From contig MU062133.1 in assembly GCA_013265495.1 (NCBI GenBank), forward strand, positions 20,860,678 to 20,924,677: 64,000 nt of DNA, written 5' to 3'. A program made the position numbers and the translations under genes. This DNA is from Vicugna vicugna. Taxonomy: Eukaryota. This document shows, in pieces, positions 50,360 through 62,200 of this stretch. Numbering within the stretch: position 1 is the first letter of the stretch; each line of letters opens with the position of its first letter. The notes under the pieces are model-generated. The model had not been told where the DNA came from and ran no database searches. It was given only the letters and a program-made list of their open reading frames with translations.

Positions 50360-51837
50360 TAAATAAAATCATGAAGATTACAACTTGTCGATGAAAATTA
50401 AGGCTTAATGAGGGAAAGACAAATTTTATAACGCCAGGACTTAACCGATAAAGATTTGTATATACACATTTTTATTTTAGATTATGACATCCTTAAGCAA
50501 CTTACAGAAAAACTTACAAAAACAGAGGGAATTACAATTATTTACGTAATGCTTAAGAGGACTAACTTTGGAAGAGAATAAAAATGTGATGAGTCTCAGC
50601 TAAACCACTTAGCAAATACATGACTTCTTACCCTCAGTCCTTTCCTCTGTAAAATATAATAATTATAAGATTATTTTGTTGATTAAATGATATATGTGAA
50701 ATTTACCCCGAAGCTAGCAGAACAAGATAGCTATTGTTATATGACGTTTATTGAGCACATGCTTAGTATCAGACTGTGCTATGAGCTTTCTTCACAGCAA
50801 TTCTGTGAGATGGAGAGATTCTGAGATAGTAGGTACCATGCCCAGCTAAGTGAGAGCCAAGTGTAAGTCCAATTTTGCATCTGGTTCCAAAGTTGTTCTC
50901 ATTCCTATTAACTCACAAAACATGGCTCTGAATCCCCTTCTGATATACTTCTGTGGATGTTTGCTTTGGGGCACTGGGTGAGAATCTGCTTCTCGTGTAT
51001 TGAGATGGGCCCCGTCCTGGTGTCTGACGCATGTGTAGGTGCCTGAGGTCTGATGCATTGTATGAATGTGCCAAGTCTGCCTAACCATGCTCTATATATA
51101 TTCAAGAAAGTAATTTCAGGAAGACTCTTTGAGGGTTTGGTATGCAACCTTGATCATAGCCAAGGATGAGAAGGATGATAAATCTACAGTTCCACGTGTC
51201 CTCATAGCATTTTGCACAGACCTCTCTGTTACTGTTATCTCACTGGGTTATCAGTGGATTTTTACAAAGCTGTCTTTCTCTGTGGAATAGAACTCCTCAA
51301 AGGCAGAACTCATGCTTGTTAAATGAATGAGTGGATGAATAAAAGATGATTGTGTATTATTTCTCCCAGGATGAGGAGATGGACGGGGTCCTTGAATTCT
51401 CCCCATTCCAGCATGTAGTAATTACTCATTTGCGATTTATTGACTTGAATTGAGTCAGGTGGGCTAAAAGTTATCCTCATGGTAGTTCCTTCCAGACAAA
51501 CCACTTTAGAGTTGCTGTCCTTCCCCCGCCCACCCCCACACCCCGCCGCTGCTTCTAACAACTAAATCCAAAGAGAATTTCTTTTAATTCAAATTTCTTC
51601 TGTAGGGATTGTGAGAGGATTTTACTGAGATTCAAAAATGTCAACAATTAGAAACTGATAAAATGCATGTATAAATCACAAAATTATATTGCTAAAGTTG
51701 CTTTTAGAACTAAGGATGTTTTGCCACTCTTCTGTGAAGAAGAGGAGGAGGAAGAAGGAGAAGCCGCCGCTTACTGCACAGCAGTGTTTTAAGTGAAATA
51801 ACAGATATACTAAGTATCTAGCACTTACCTACTACTC

Positions 51838-52260
51838 ATTTCATTCTTTCATTTAAAAATACATCTCCTGAGCTCCTACGATGTGTTGAATAGACAACGT
51901 TCCAGGCACTGACGGTACAAGAGTAAACCGAAAAGACAAAATCCGACCCTCATGAAGCTTATCTGGAAGTTGAGGGAGGAATGGCAGGGAAGGAAGCTGA
52001 CAAATCATCAAATGAAGTGCTATGAAGAAAGCAAAGCAGGGGCAGGAGACCAGAGCACCAGGAAGTGCTGGTCTGGAGAGAACAGTCACTGAGGGCCTCG
52101 CTGAGAAGTGATACTCGAGCAAAGAGCTGATGGAGTCTTCTGAAGATACCTGGGGGAAGGCATTTCAGACAAGAGGACAGGAAAGATAAGCTCCCCCCAC
52201 CCCAAGACAGAAGTACCCTTGGCTCAATAGATACCACGAGGTGTTCCTTCCTACCTCTGC
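51838..52260 (-). mobile_element. L2a
   Basis: cattcattctttcatt...tgagctcctacgatgtg...ccctcatgaagcttat...aagtgctatgaagaaa...tgggggaaggcatttcagacaagagg. Confidence 0.8.
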
Positions 52261-52739
52261 TCCTACACCTCAGCCCTTTGGTTTTCCCAGTGATGGCTCC
52301 CATGATCGTACTGATTAAAGGTGCATAAGTATTGGCCAGATCTGTGTACGCAGATGTAACAACATCGTTGACAAAGACCTAGTCCTGCAGCATGCCTCAA
52401 AGGATATAAAGAAAAATAGCCAGGGTGAAATTCTCTGTTGCAAGACCATTCCCACTTTATAAGTATTTGATTTACCATGTTATAAAGTGTGACTGGGTTT
52501 CCAGGCTAGACCACAGGACCCTACTTAATGTCTAAATGTAGATGGAATGTGGGGAATTCGTAATAGAATACAGTGGGAAACAACTGTTACCAGCGTATAG
52601 CACAACGTTCTAAATTCCATTTCAGCTCTGACATTCTGTTAGTCTACGACGCATACAAGAAGCGAAGGGAAAATTCATTACCTGTGCTGGGGCTGAATGG
52701 GCCTTTGTGGCTTGACCTGGAGACCCAACAAACACTTAC

Positions 52740-53070
52740 AACATTCTCTCTACAGAAAAATGAGTTCTGGGTTTCAAGTGCTACTTTTACAGACGTTCCA
52801 TACACAGACCATTCATGAATTGGAGACTTCCTGTGGTGGGTGAGAGCATCCCTGATGGCAGTGGACAGGAAGAGATTAAAGAGCAAAGCCCAGAACTGCT
52901 GGGGCTGGAAACATGGTTGAGGAAACACTAATCATGACAGAGAGCCCAGACGCGGAGACCCCAGAGGGCCACGGGCTGCAGCGCGGCACGCCTGGTGCTG
53001 CTGAAACTCAGGCCGGCAAGCCACCGTCTGCAGAGTGACGGCAAAGCCTCCTGCAGACGCTGATGGAGCT
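52740..53070 (-). other. Candidate exon (331 nt), CpG-rich 5' part
   Basis: Acceptor CTGAC-atctttcggtctctttcttcacAG (branch A at about -26); donor GTT|GTAAGT at 52739. Confidence 0.3.
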
Positions 53071-53216
53071 CTGTGAAGAAAGAGACCGAAAGATGTCAGT
53101 GTGTTTTCTTTTTACATTTTAGGGGGTCCATGCCCTTCTCCCTAGGCAGCCTGACACATCATCTAAGATTAAAATTGTTCCAGCAGGAATGCAAAGTGGG
53201 GGCAAAAAATGGATAT

Positions 53217-53254
53217 TTTGAATAACAGCTTTAGTTTGAATAACAGCTTTAGTT
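53217..53254. repeat. Perfect tandem duplication, 2 x 18 bp
   Basis: tttgaataacagctttag twice. Confidence 0.95.
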
Positions 53255-54606
53255 GTTCAAAATAGGATTTTGCAGCAAAACACTCAGCTTGACAACTAGG
53301 CCTAATTCATAGCAAGAGAAAGTTGTTCCAAATTCTTCGATTTCCTTCTTTCATATGTGAAAGTCCATACAAGACCGTTGAAGTCCATATCGAAAATTCA
53401 AAAAAGAAGAGAGGAAAGTTTTTCTCTTTAGACCCAGAGTAGGAAAGAGAGCAGAAGAAGAGCTGAATGAGTAGGTTAGACAAGACCCTTCTCCATACTC
53501 CTTTGTGACAAGGAAGCACCAAGAAGTTTGCACCAGTGATTGAGAATCAACTCACTGCTTTATTCATCAAGAAAAATTCATTAAAAATCTTTTCAAACTT
53601 GGCTGAACTACACAGTGTGCTTAATGACACTGTAAAGATGGAATGACATCAAGGTCAATATGTTCAATTCAAATCATTCTCTTTATTATTATGTGCTAAT
53701 ATGGATGCTGATCCGTGACAAGAACAGTTGTTTCTCGATGAGGCGTGATGGTTATTGAGGGGAAAAGTTCTATCAAGCTAAGAGTGTTTGAACTATGATG
53801 TGAACTTGTGTTTCTACAAGCTAAGAAACCAGTTTAGTCCCAGCTTTTATAGGTATAAGTTGGACAGCCAGACTTGCTTACTGGTTTGATGTCCTTGGTA
53901 TTTTTAATGATCATAATACTTCCACACAAGGAAGGGAGGCAGCATGTTCTTCAGTGGTAGATAAGATCAGAGGGCAAACACAAAACTTAGGAGCTTGGAA
54001 GCACAGTTTCTACACATTGTGATTCACAGTTAACCACAGATACAGCAGACTGGAGAAAAGTTATCACCAAACGCTGTACACATTTGTTAGAACGTTTTGA
54101 ATGTTTCAATCGAAAGAAGATTCACACGTGGGAAATCCATGGATATAGAAGCCATTTTTTTCATTAAAACACCATTTAGCAGTTGAAGGTTTTGTAATTC
54201 ATAAATATACTAGGGATGTAGGCTTCAACAGTGTTTGCTCATTGGGTTCCATAATCAATAAAGTTTGTAGTCCACTGGATTAGAAGATAGAAATATCAGG
54301 ATATTTTAGCTTGATGGAATTAAATATTTGTCTTCTTTATCCTCCCATGTACAGATTCCCTCTGATTATGTCCTGCCATATATGCATGCCTGTGTGGAAA
54401 GAGAATGTTGGTGACACAGGCTTTGAATGTTTCCAGACCTGTGGCCATGATTTCTTTTGCTAAAGTCATAAAGTGATTTCTGATCATGATTGAGTTTGTC
54501 ATGTAGCTTAAACAGGGAAAATACATAAGTAGCCCAGACCACTTTTCTCATGGAGAACCGAGTAGTTGACATTCGGTATTTCCTTCAGTCTCCTAAGGTC
54601 TCTCAC

Positions 54607-54756
54607 CTGATTTAATCTCCCAGGATCTGAGGAGCCTGAGGCCTTCCTCATCAGGATCCTGGAATGAGGTGCAGGAGCTATTTGGCAAGATTCTTTAGTC
54701 TTTGAGAGCCTTCTTTTTTTCCAGCGATTTTCCAGCCCTTCCACAGTGTTCTCCAT
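54607..54756 (-). CDS. Hypothetical first coding exon of a two-exon 70-aa ORF (joins 53070-53008)
   Basis: aggATGg Kozak, 50 codons, CAG|GTGAGA donor in phase 0; no recognised homology. Confidence 0.12.
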
Positions 54757-56254
54757 CCTACCCTACCCCCACTACACAGCTCTGCTTTAATCCATTTTAT
54801 ATTTTCAGCTTCTCATAAGATTTGTTTCTAAGAGAAGCTGGAAAACCACTGCCTTACTCGACTGTCACTATTTGTATCAGCTCTCAATGCTGAGTTCTCT
54901 GGTTTCATCTAATTTAACCTGTAAACCCACAGACACATCTTTTTGGGATGAGCACTTCTTTCCCAGGCTCCATCTGTTGGTCTCCACATCAGTCTAGGTG
55001 CTTCTGGCTGTGCGGGCTCCTCCCCTCCCTCCGCTCAGCAATTCAGGAATTACTGGACCCCCTGAGGTGACACCTGTGTCCACTTGTGCCTATGGCCTCC
55101 TTAAAACCCAGAGCTCTCTCTGGTCCTCCATAGCTCCTGTAGAATCCAGCCCCATCTACACAGTAGCTGCTTAACAAACTTTTGCTGATGTGAGTTACTG
55201 ATGAAGGAACAGGAGAAAGTGTTAGGAAATCTAATTCAAGGTGCCAGTGAAAAGAGTTTGATGAAATAAAGGGTTGTCCCAGCATAACATCTGTTTTATG
55301 GTTGCCATAGAAACCAGGCTGCTCTTTAGGCCTCATGCTTTGAGGCCCAGATGATTGAGGACAATCAGCAGCGAAGAGGCCATTCCTGGTAAAGAATGAC
55401 CTTGGCTCGATTACTCAATGTCCTTATCTATGAACCCAGGGGGACAGATGATGTCTCAATCCCTGTGCTGGTATTTAGCCCATATTCCCCTGTAAGTGCA
55501 TTCCAAGTATTAATAGGTTTAAATACTTTCCTACGGGTTTGTAAATAGCTGTTGGTCCAGCTCCCCTAAGGGCTTCCCTCCAACCTCCTCCTCTCCCTTT
55601 CACTGTCCTGACTTTCTGTCCCTCTCCAGTCCCCCTAGATCTAGCAACTAAAGGGCTAATGCCTGACCCAGCAGGGGACTTCCAGACCCAACCCTGCAGC
55701 CTTGGGAAAATACTGCTGTGCCCACCCTGGTTAGGCCCCTGCAGTCCACAAAAGAAACATGGATTAGACCCTCCTTGGAGGGTTTGGTTGGATCAGAGAG
55801 ATGAAGATTTGCTTAGGTCTGAATGACTCAGTCTGGCTGTCCAGATTGTGTCTCGTTCTGTGCACAGGGGCTCTACCCACGCAAGGCCTGGAAGGAAAAG
55901 TCACAGCCACAGGGGTGGGCTTGGAGCCTGCAGCCCTGGAAAGGCAAGCCAATCCTCTTGGACAATTGGTGGCTCAGTGGGACCTCCCTTCATGAGGGCT
56001 GAGTTTAAGCTGCTTGCTCAGATTTATCCTGTTGACCCAGGCCACAGCCAGTGCAGCACACACCCAAGGCTACTGCTGAAGATAAAGGAAAGATTTGTAT
56101 GAAAAATTGAACTGGAGGAAGGGATTTGAGGGTCAAGTCCACAGAAGATTCAGAGACTTGACTGGATCCATGTTTTCTTCCTTCCACATCCTATGTGGTG
56201 TGTTGATGGCTAAAGCTTCAGTATTGTAAAATGTTTTGCAGTCTGCACAGAACT

Positions 56255-56430
56255 TTAACATGCACAATCGTATCTGATTCTCATGACAATCTTATGCCTG
56301 GCAGTAGTTATTGTTACTCTTTTACAAACAAGGAAACCAGACTCAGAGAGGTTCAATAATCTGCCCACATCCCTTTTGAAGTCAGGCCCTCAGACTTTAA
56401 TCCCAATGTTTCCTATTACATCATGTTGCT
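56255..56430 (-). mobile_element. MIR SINE
   Basis: tctgattctcatgacaatcttatg...cttttacaaacaaggaaaccagactcagagaggtt. Confidence 0.75.
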
Positions 56431-58839
56431 TTGTAAAGTCCTTTGAGTAAAGACGGTGCCCTCTTTTGTTTGATTTAGGAAGCAGCCCAGTGAAGCTTAG
56501 TGATTTATATTCATTTCTAAAGCAAGTAGGTGGCAGCGTGCTAGATTAGGTGAAGGTTGAAAGGAAATATAAGACAGGGTCCCAGGAGTTGCTGCCTTGT
56601 CAGTAAAACAGCACTCATACACATGAAATGCTTAAAGAAAAATATAAGAATCCATCTTATTTTTGTCATAAGAACTAACTGATTTCTCTACAAGGGAATA
56701 TCAGATGAATACAGTTCATTGCAACACTGCCTTTTCAACAGCAAGTGAAATAAACACAAAACCTAGCAAGATAAAGTTTACTTTTTGGATGTGTACCTAT
56801 AAGCAAAGAACAGAATGACTGATTTAGTTAATGGAGAAGAAGGACTTCCCAGGATTGGAGAAGAATGAAGAAGAAAGAAAAGCAACCTACTCTAATAGTA
56901 GAACTGGGAGAGGCATACATTTCAGGTAATGTATGTTTACAGGATCCACTAAGGGATGGGGTTTGTGATGAGAAACCTTTAGACATTTTCACATTTGTCC
57001 TCACTTGTCTGTCTGGGTTCCTCTGTGTGGATTTTTCTCTGTAGAAGATGAGACTAAATAACTTTTCACATAGTTTTGTGATTTAATGATCATTTTACCT
57101 GCCATATTTATAAGGACACAAAGACATTTTTATTCTTTCATCAGCTGGTAGGTGAATTCCTCTTCAACAGAGTCCCATCTTTGTTGGGAAAATACTCGAT
57201 AGGGCCATTCAGAGCAGATAAGTCTTGGGGACAGGGAGATGTTTGGGAGGGCTGGTGCCAAGGTCATGTGGGCAGGGCATACAGTGCAAGGAGATGAGGC
57301 TGTCTGCTCCCTGTGGAAGGATGGCGGTGGAGTTCGGAAGGAGAAGAGGGAGGAGGAGAGAAGTGAAGATGTAGAAGATGGCAGGCTATGGAGTGTTGTC
57401 ATATGACCCCCTGTGACTCCTCTCTGATGTCATTAGCTTTAAGAGATGATTGAGGAGAATGACCAGTTACAGAACCTTCCAAGGACCTGAGCGTCCAGGT
57501 TGAGGGAAGACAAAACAGAGATACATTTGTGAATTCAGGAGCTTAACCAAGTTTCATTAGAAAGTTTCCTCAGTCCCCAGAGGGCAAGGAAGTCTCAGCC
57601 AACATCTGGGTTCCATAGTTATCCCCTTTAAGACATTTTTTTTATATCTGAATCAATACAAATTGCTTGCTTTACTAGTTTTTAAATCTGGGGCGGCGGG
57701 GGGAGGTTGTACCAGGTATCTTATTGGTCCTCCTCAACTCAAGGCACCACGATTCTTTCTGTGCTGTAAATTATAGTTTCTGAAAATCTGGTCTTTGAAA
57801 GCCCTCCAGGTGGTCTGTGGTTGCCCAAATGCAATGAGTATGTTTTGTTTGAAGAGTATTTTCTGCTAGAGATTTGAATTCTCCATAAAAGGGTACAGAA
57901 ATAGATATTTGAAAATTATAACCACAAAGATGGTCATATGCTAGGCAAACACTTCAAATGGTATGGGGGGGGGTGTGTGCGCGCGCGTGCATGTGTGTTC
58001 TGTGGTTGCAAGCAGAAGCTTTGAGATGGGTGGTCCAAGGGATTCCTTTGTGTGGTTTACAGTCTAGAAATCTCATTTGGGGTGAAGTTAAGCCAAACAC
58101 TTTCAAGATGCTGAGAAATCAAACCACTTTGTTTGAGAATCTTTAAAATAGGTATTTGAAACTGATATTTCAACTGAGAAATGATCCTGACCCTAAACCT
58201 TTGCAATTTCATTTGTGACCATAATAGAAGGATATCTTGGCCACAACACCCTCATACCCAGTTTTATTTCTAGCAGTATATATAACTTCTCAGCTTTGAA
58301 GTTTAGTGCTGAGTCATTTTTTAGGGGATGCTTTGGGAAGAGAAACAATTAGGAAATCCATTCTTAGAAAGGGTCTTTTGAAAACCTTCATTAATTTTTA
58401 TCATTGTACTGATTTTTTAACTTCAGTATTAAAAAAATGCACTTCTATCCATTGAAGCCATGGCAAGAGTGAAGATCATTCAGACAGCAAGAATTTGGTG
58501 GCAGTATAGTTTTCTTTAATCTCCCCACATCATAAAAGCATAGCTACTAAGATAATAAAAAATATTGAGGAATCTTTAACAAAACTAGGTAAAAAGGAAT
58601 TCCCACAGCCCCAGAATAGAATCTGGAAGGGTGTGCCAAAATATGGGACAGCAGCAGAGCCTGAGAGAGAAAGCAAAGCCCAGAAAGATCTTACGAGTAG
58701 AGATTCCATAAATTACCAGCAAAACTCACCCCTGAAAGGAGAGGATCAAACACTGTGTGAGAACCTAGGTGAGCAAATTGAAAAACCTCCGGTGAGAAAG
58801 GCTCCAGTTTGGTGGGAGAAGGCGGCTGGACTGTGTTGT

Positions 58840-59319
58840 TGTGGTAGACTGAGTCACGACCCCCCAGACATGTCCAGGTCCTAATCCCTGGAACCTGTGA
58901 ATATGTTTCCTTACTTGGCAGGAGTCATAGCAGATGCAACTAAGGATGGATGGGGAGATGACCCTGGACTATCCAGGTGGGCCTAATATGANNNNNNNNN
59001 NNNNNNNNNNNNNNNNNNNNNNNNNNNNNNNNNNNNNNNNNNNNNNNNNNNNNNNNNNNNNNNNNNNNNNNNNNNNNNNNNNNNNNNNNNNNNNNNNNNN
59101 NNNNNNNNNNNNNNNNNNNNNNNNNNNNNNNNNNNNNNNNNNNNNNNNNNNNNNNNNAGAGTCTCCAGAGGGAGTCAGGTCCTGCCAACACCTTGATTTT
59201 AGCCAAGTGAAACCCGTTTTGGACTTCTGAACTCCATAATGGCAAGCTAATAAATTTGCATTGTTTTAAGCCACTGAGTGTATTATGGTTTGTTACATTA
59301 ATAATAGGAAACTAATACA
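58840..59319 (+). mobile_element. MLT1D solo LTR (interior hidden by N-run)
   Basis: tgtggtag...gtcctaatccctggaacctgtgaatatgtt...; ...ctgccaacaccttgattttagcc...aataaatttgcattgttttaagccact...ataggaaactaataca. Confidence 0.9.
58992..59157. other. N-run (166 N)
   Basis: Directly visible. Confidence 0.99.
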
Positions 59320-59716
59320 GATGGAAACTACATTTCCCACAATCCCCTTTACTTTATGTCCTGGTTAGAGCTGGTCAAAAGATGAACTCAGACAAGATTT
59401 GGGATACAGGAGCAAGTGAAGCAGGAGCTATTCCTCCCAGAGGGTCTTTGTGATAAGATAAAGTGCCCCATATGGTCCTTGCTCTCCTCCGCTCCCCGAC
59501 TGGCTCCTCTGTCAGACTGCAGGCCCCACTGCAGCCCTAGGCCTCCCGTCAGATGCTTGGCTGTGAGCCCACAGAGGCCACAGCTACACCAAGGCGAGAG
59601 CTTCCTATAGACCCCTTCCCGAGTTCCCTCCATAGCCCCAGCTCAGCGCTGGACGCTTGGCTTCTCAGATTCCACTGCATTCTTCAACCTGTCCTCTAAT
59701 ACCAGAGCCTCGAGAG

Positions 59717-60178
59717 GATTAGATAATGTTGAAGTGTGTCAAAGTGATGATACCATTTACTTTGCAATGTGTAGAAGTTTCTATTGTCCCATAACCTCAA
59801 CAACACTCGTTATTGACAGGTTCTTAAATTTTGACCAATTTGTAAGCTACGTGATGATATAACCTGGTGGCTTTAATTTGCATTTCCCTGATAACTAATG
59901 AGGTCGAACATCTTGGAACACTTGTAATGGCCTTCTGGATTTGCTGGTTTGTAAAGTGTGTGTGACTTTTGCCCATTTTTCTACTAGGTTGTCTGCCTTT
60001 TTCTTATTTATTCATGGTGATTTATATTCTCTCGATATTCATCATTTATCAACTATACGTATTGCAAAAATCTTATCCCAGTGGGTGGCTTGTCTTTTCA
60101 CTGTCTTTAAAAAGTTCCTAACTTTAATGTGATCAAACTTATCAGTCGTTTTTTTTTTTAATGGTAAGTGCTTATTAT
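59717..60178 (-). mobile_element. L1ME ORF2 3' segment, inverted relative to the adjacent piece
   Basis: attagataatg...caaagtgatgataccatttac...ttaatttgcatttccctgataactaatgaggtcgaacatctt...ttttgcccattttt. Confidence 0.75.
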
Positions 60179-60751
60179 GCATACACTAAAACCCAGCAAT
60201 TCTACTCCTAGATATATGCCCTAGAAAAACTCATGCAAAATTCTCCAGATGTAGAAGTTTTCATAGCAGCATTGTTCCTAATAGGTAATAGGGGGGAAAA
60301 ACAAACAAACAAACAAACCTGGATGCTCCCTAAATGTCCGTCAAGAAAGGCGATAAATCCATGTAGGCATATCCATACAAGGCAATGAACTATAAACACA
60401 TGCATTCACATGGATTTATTTCACAAATATACTGTTAGTTGAAAAAAATAATTATTAAAATTCAAAATCAGCCCCAAGTTTAAAAATATGCTATTTGGGG
60501 GTAAAAATTAGAAGTTCTAAGCTTTAAAGAAAAGGAAGGGGGCCATTCTCACAAACCTGAAGATTAAGGTTACCCCTGGGCAGGAGGGAATGTGAGATGA
60601 GAGGGGCACTCAAGGGGCTTCTAAACTGCTGGGGGTTCTAAAGTTCTTTTTATCCTAAAAATAGTTATTTGCTTTATTATCATCTTTGAAATGAGCATAT
60701 GCTTTACATACTCATTGTTATATGATCTATTTTTCCAATAAAATATTTTAA
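60179..60751 (+). mobile_element. L1ME3/4-like 3' end
   Basis: catacac...acccagcaattctactcctagatatatgccc...tttcatagcagcattgttc...taaatgtccgtcaa...caataaaatatttta. Confidence 0.75.
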
Positions 60752-60831
60752 CAGATATTATTCTCCTAACAACAGTATTTGTCATCTTGGTTTAAGGGAG
60801 CCCAATAGAAGATACAGAATATTTTAGGGGA

Positions 60832-61005
60832 GCAATTCCCAAAATCCGGCTGTGGAGCTGCTGTATTAGAATCATGCGGGCCGTGTATTAAAACTACAGA
60901 CTGTCGGCCCCGACCGAGGCTACAGAATCAGAATGTCCAGGGTGGGGCTGAGGAATCCGTGTCATTTTGCCCAGGTAATTTGCTACCTAGTTAAGTTGGG
61001 CTACC
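60832..61005. mobile_element. MER5A, CpG-rich copy
   Basis: attagaatca...ggccccgaccgaggctacagaatcagaatgtccagggtggggctgaggaatccg...ccaggtaatt. Confidence 0.7.
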
Positions 61006-62004
61006 CCAGAGCACTTAGTCCTTTGTAAGAATCTAAGGGCGTCTGTGGCTCCCTGCTGCCCTCTCGTGGCCAGTTTTTCCTCCCACCCTGAGCAGAGTAA
61101 GCCAGCCAAGGTGAGCAAGAGAACAGATTCTATCAGTGGTCTGTCCGGGGTTGGTGGTGGCTCTGAGGACTGCACAGTTGGGCTAGATGCCAAAACATGG
61201 CACCTAGAACCCACTAGCTTGTCTAGTATTTCTGTTGAAGTCCTAAGTGCTCTTGCCTGGCTTACTTTCTTAAACTTACCTGTGCTTCTCCTGATAGAGA
61301 TGATCTCAGGGACCCACAGACCCCTCCTACCTGCTCCAGACACTCGTGCCACTTGGACCTCCTTGCCCACAGAGATGCTCTGACTGGATCCTGCCTCCCC
61401 ACCTGGACCCACCATCCACACACACCTGCCCTGCGTTAGCTGGTCTCAATTTCTGCCTGAATGGACATCCATAGTCCCTTGGTCCTGGGCTCTCCTGAAT
61501 GATCCTGTCCTGCCCTGTGACTTCCACAAGACCAGGGATGAAGAGAAGGTAAGACCCAAAGCCACAGAGAACTACAGCCCTGAGGCAGATGAATGTTCTG
61601 AGGTTGCATTGAACGTGTCCAGTGCCTGCTGCTCCCCCATCTCCAACTTGCTTCCTCCTCCTTTGTCTCTTTTCCCTCCTCAAATGATTAGAGTTTCTGA
61701 TTCCTGACATTGAGCGTGGAATGGGCAGATTTGCTAAGAAAAATCATGGAATTTGTGTAACTCAAAGAAGGATCCTGGACCAGACCCCAGCGGCAGATTT
61801 TAACTGTACAGAGTTCTCACTCACTTTGCCCCATGTCTGTCCACAGCTCAGTCCCTGTGAAAATCCTGAATTTAGACCCTGTTATTGTACGTGGCCACTG
61901 ACTTCTCTAGAGGAATAAATCCCTGCTCCCTCCCTGGGAGGACATAACCCACCGGTGAAGTATGAAGACAGTGAAGTATGATGATTGAAAATGTGAATTC
62001 AGAA

Positions 62005-62200
62005 TAAGAATTGGATTTGGAATCTCTGCTTGCTTATATGCTGGGTGGTCTTGGGACATTATTTTAGTGTCTCTAAACCTCAATTTCCTCATCTGTAAGA
62101 TGGCACTTAACGATACTTAATTCAAGGTTTGCCATGATTATGAAATGAGGACGTGAAAAAAAGTACTTATCACATTTCATACAGAATTACTAAATAAATA
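62005..62200 (+). mobile_element. MIR SINE
   Basis: gtctctaaacctcaatttcctcatctgtaagatgg...attatgaaatgag...aaagtacttatcac. Confidence 0.75.

Noticed and set aside
60655-60664. Perfect MEF2 site CTAAAAATAG
   Set aside because: Isolated, inside an AT-rich L1ME tail; expected by chance at this window size
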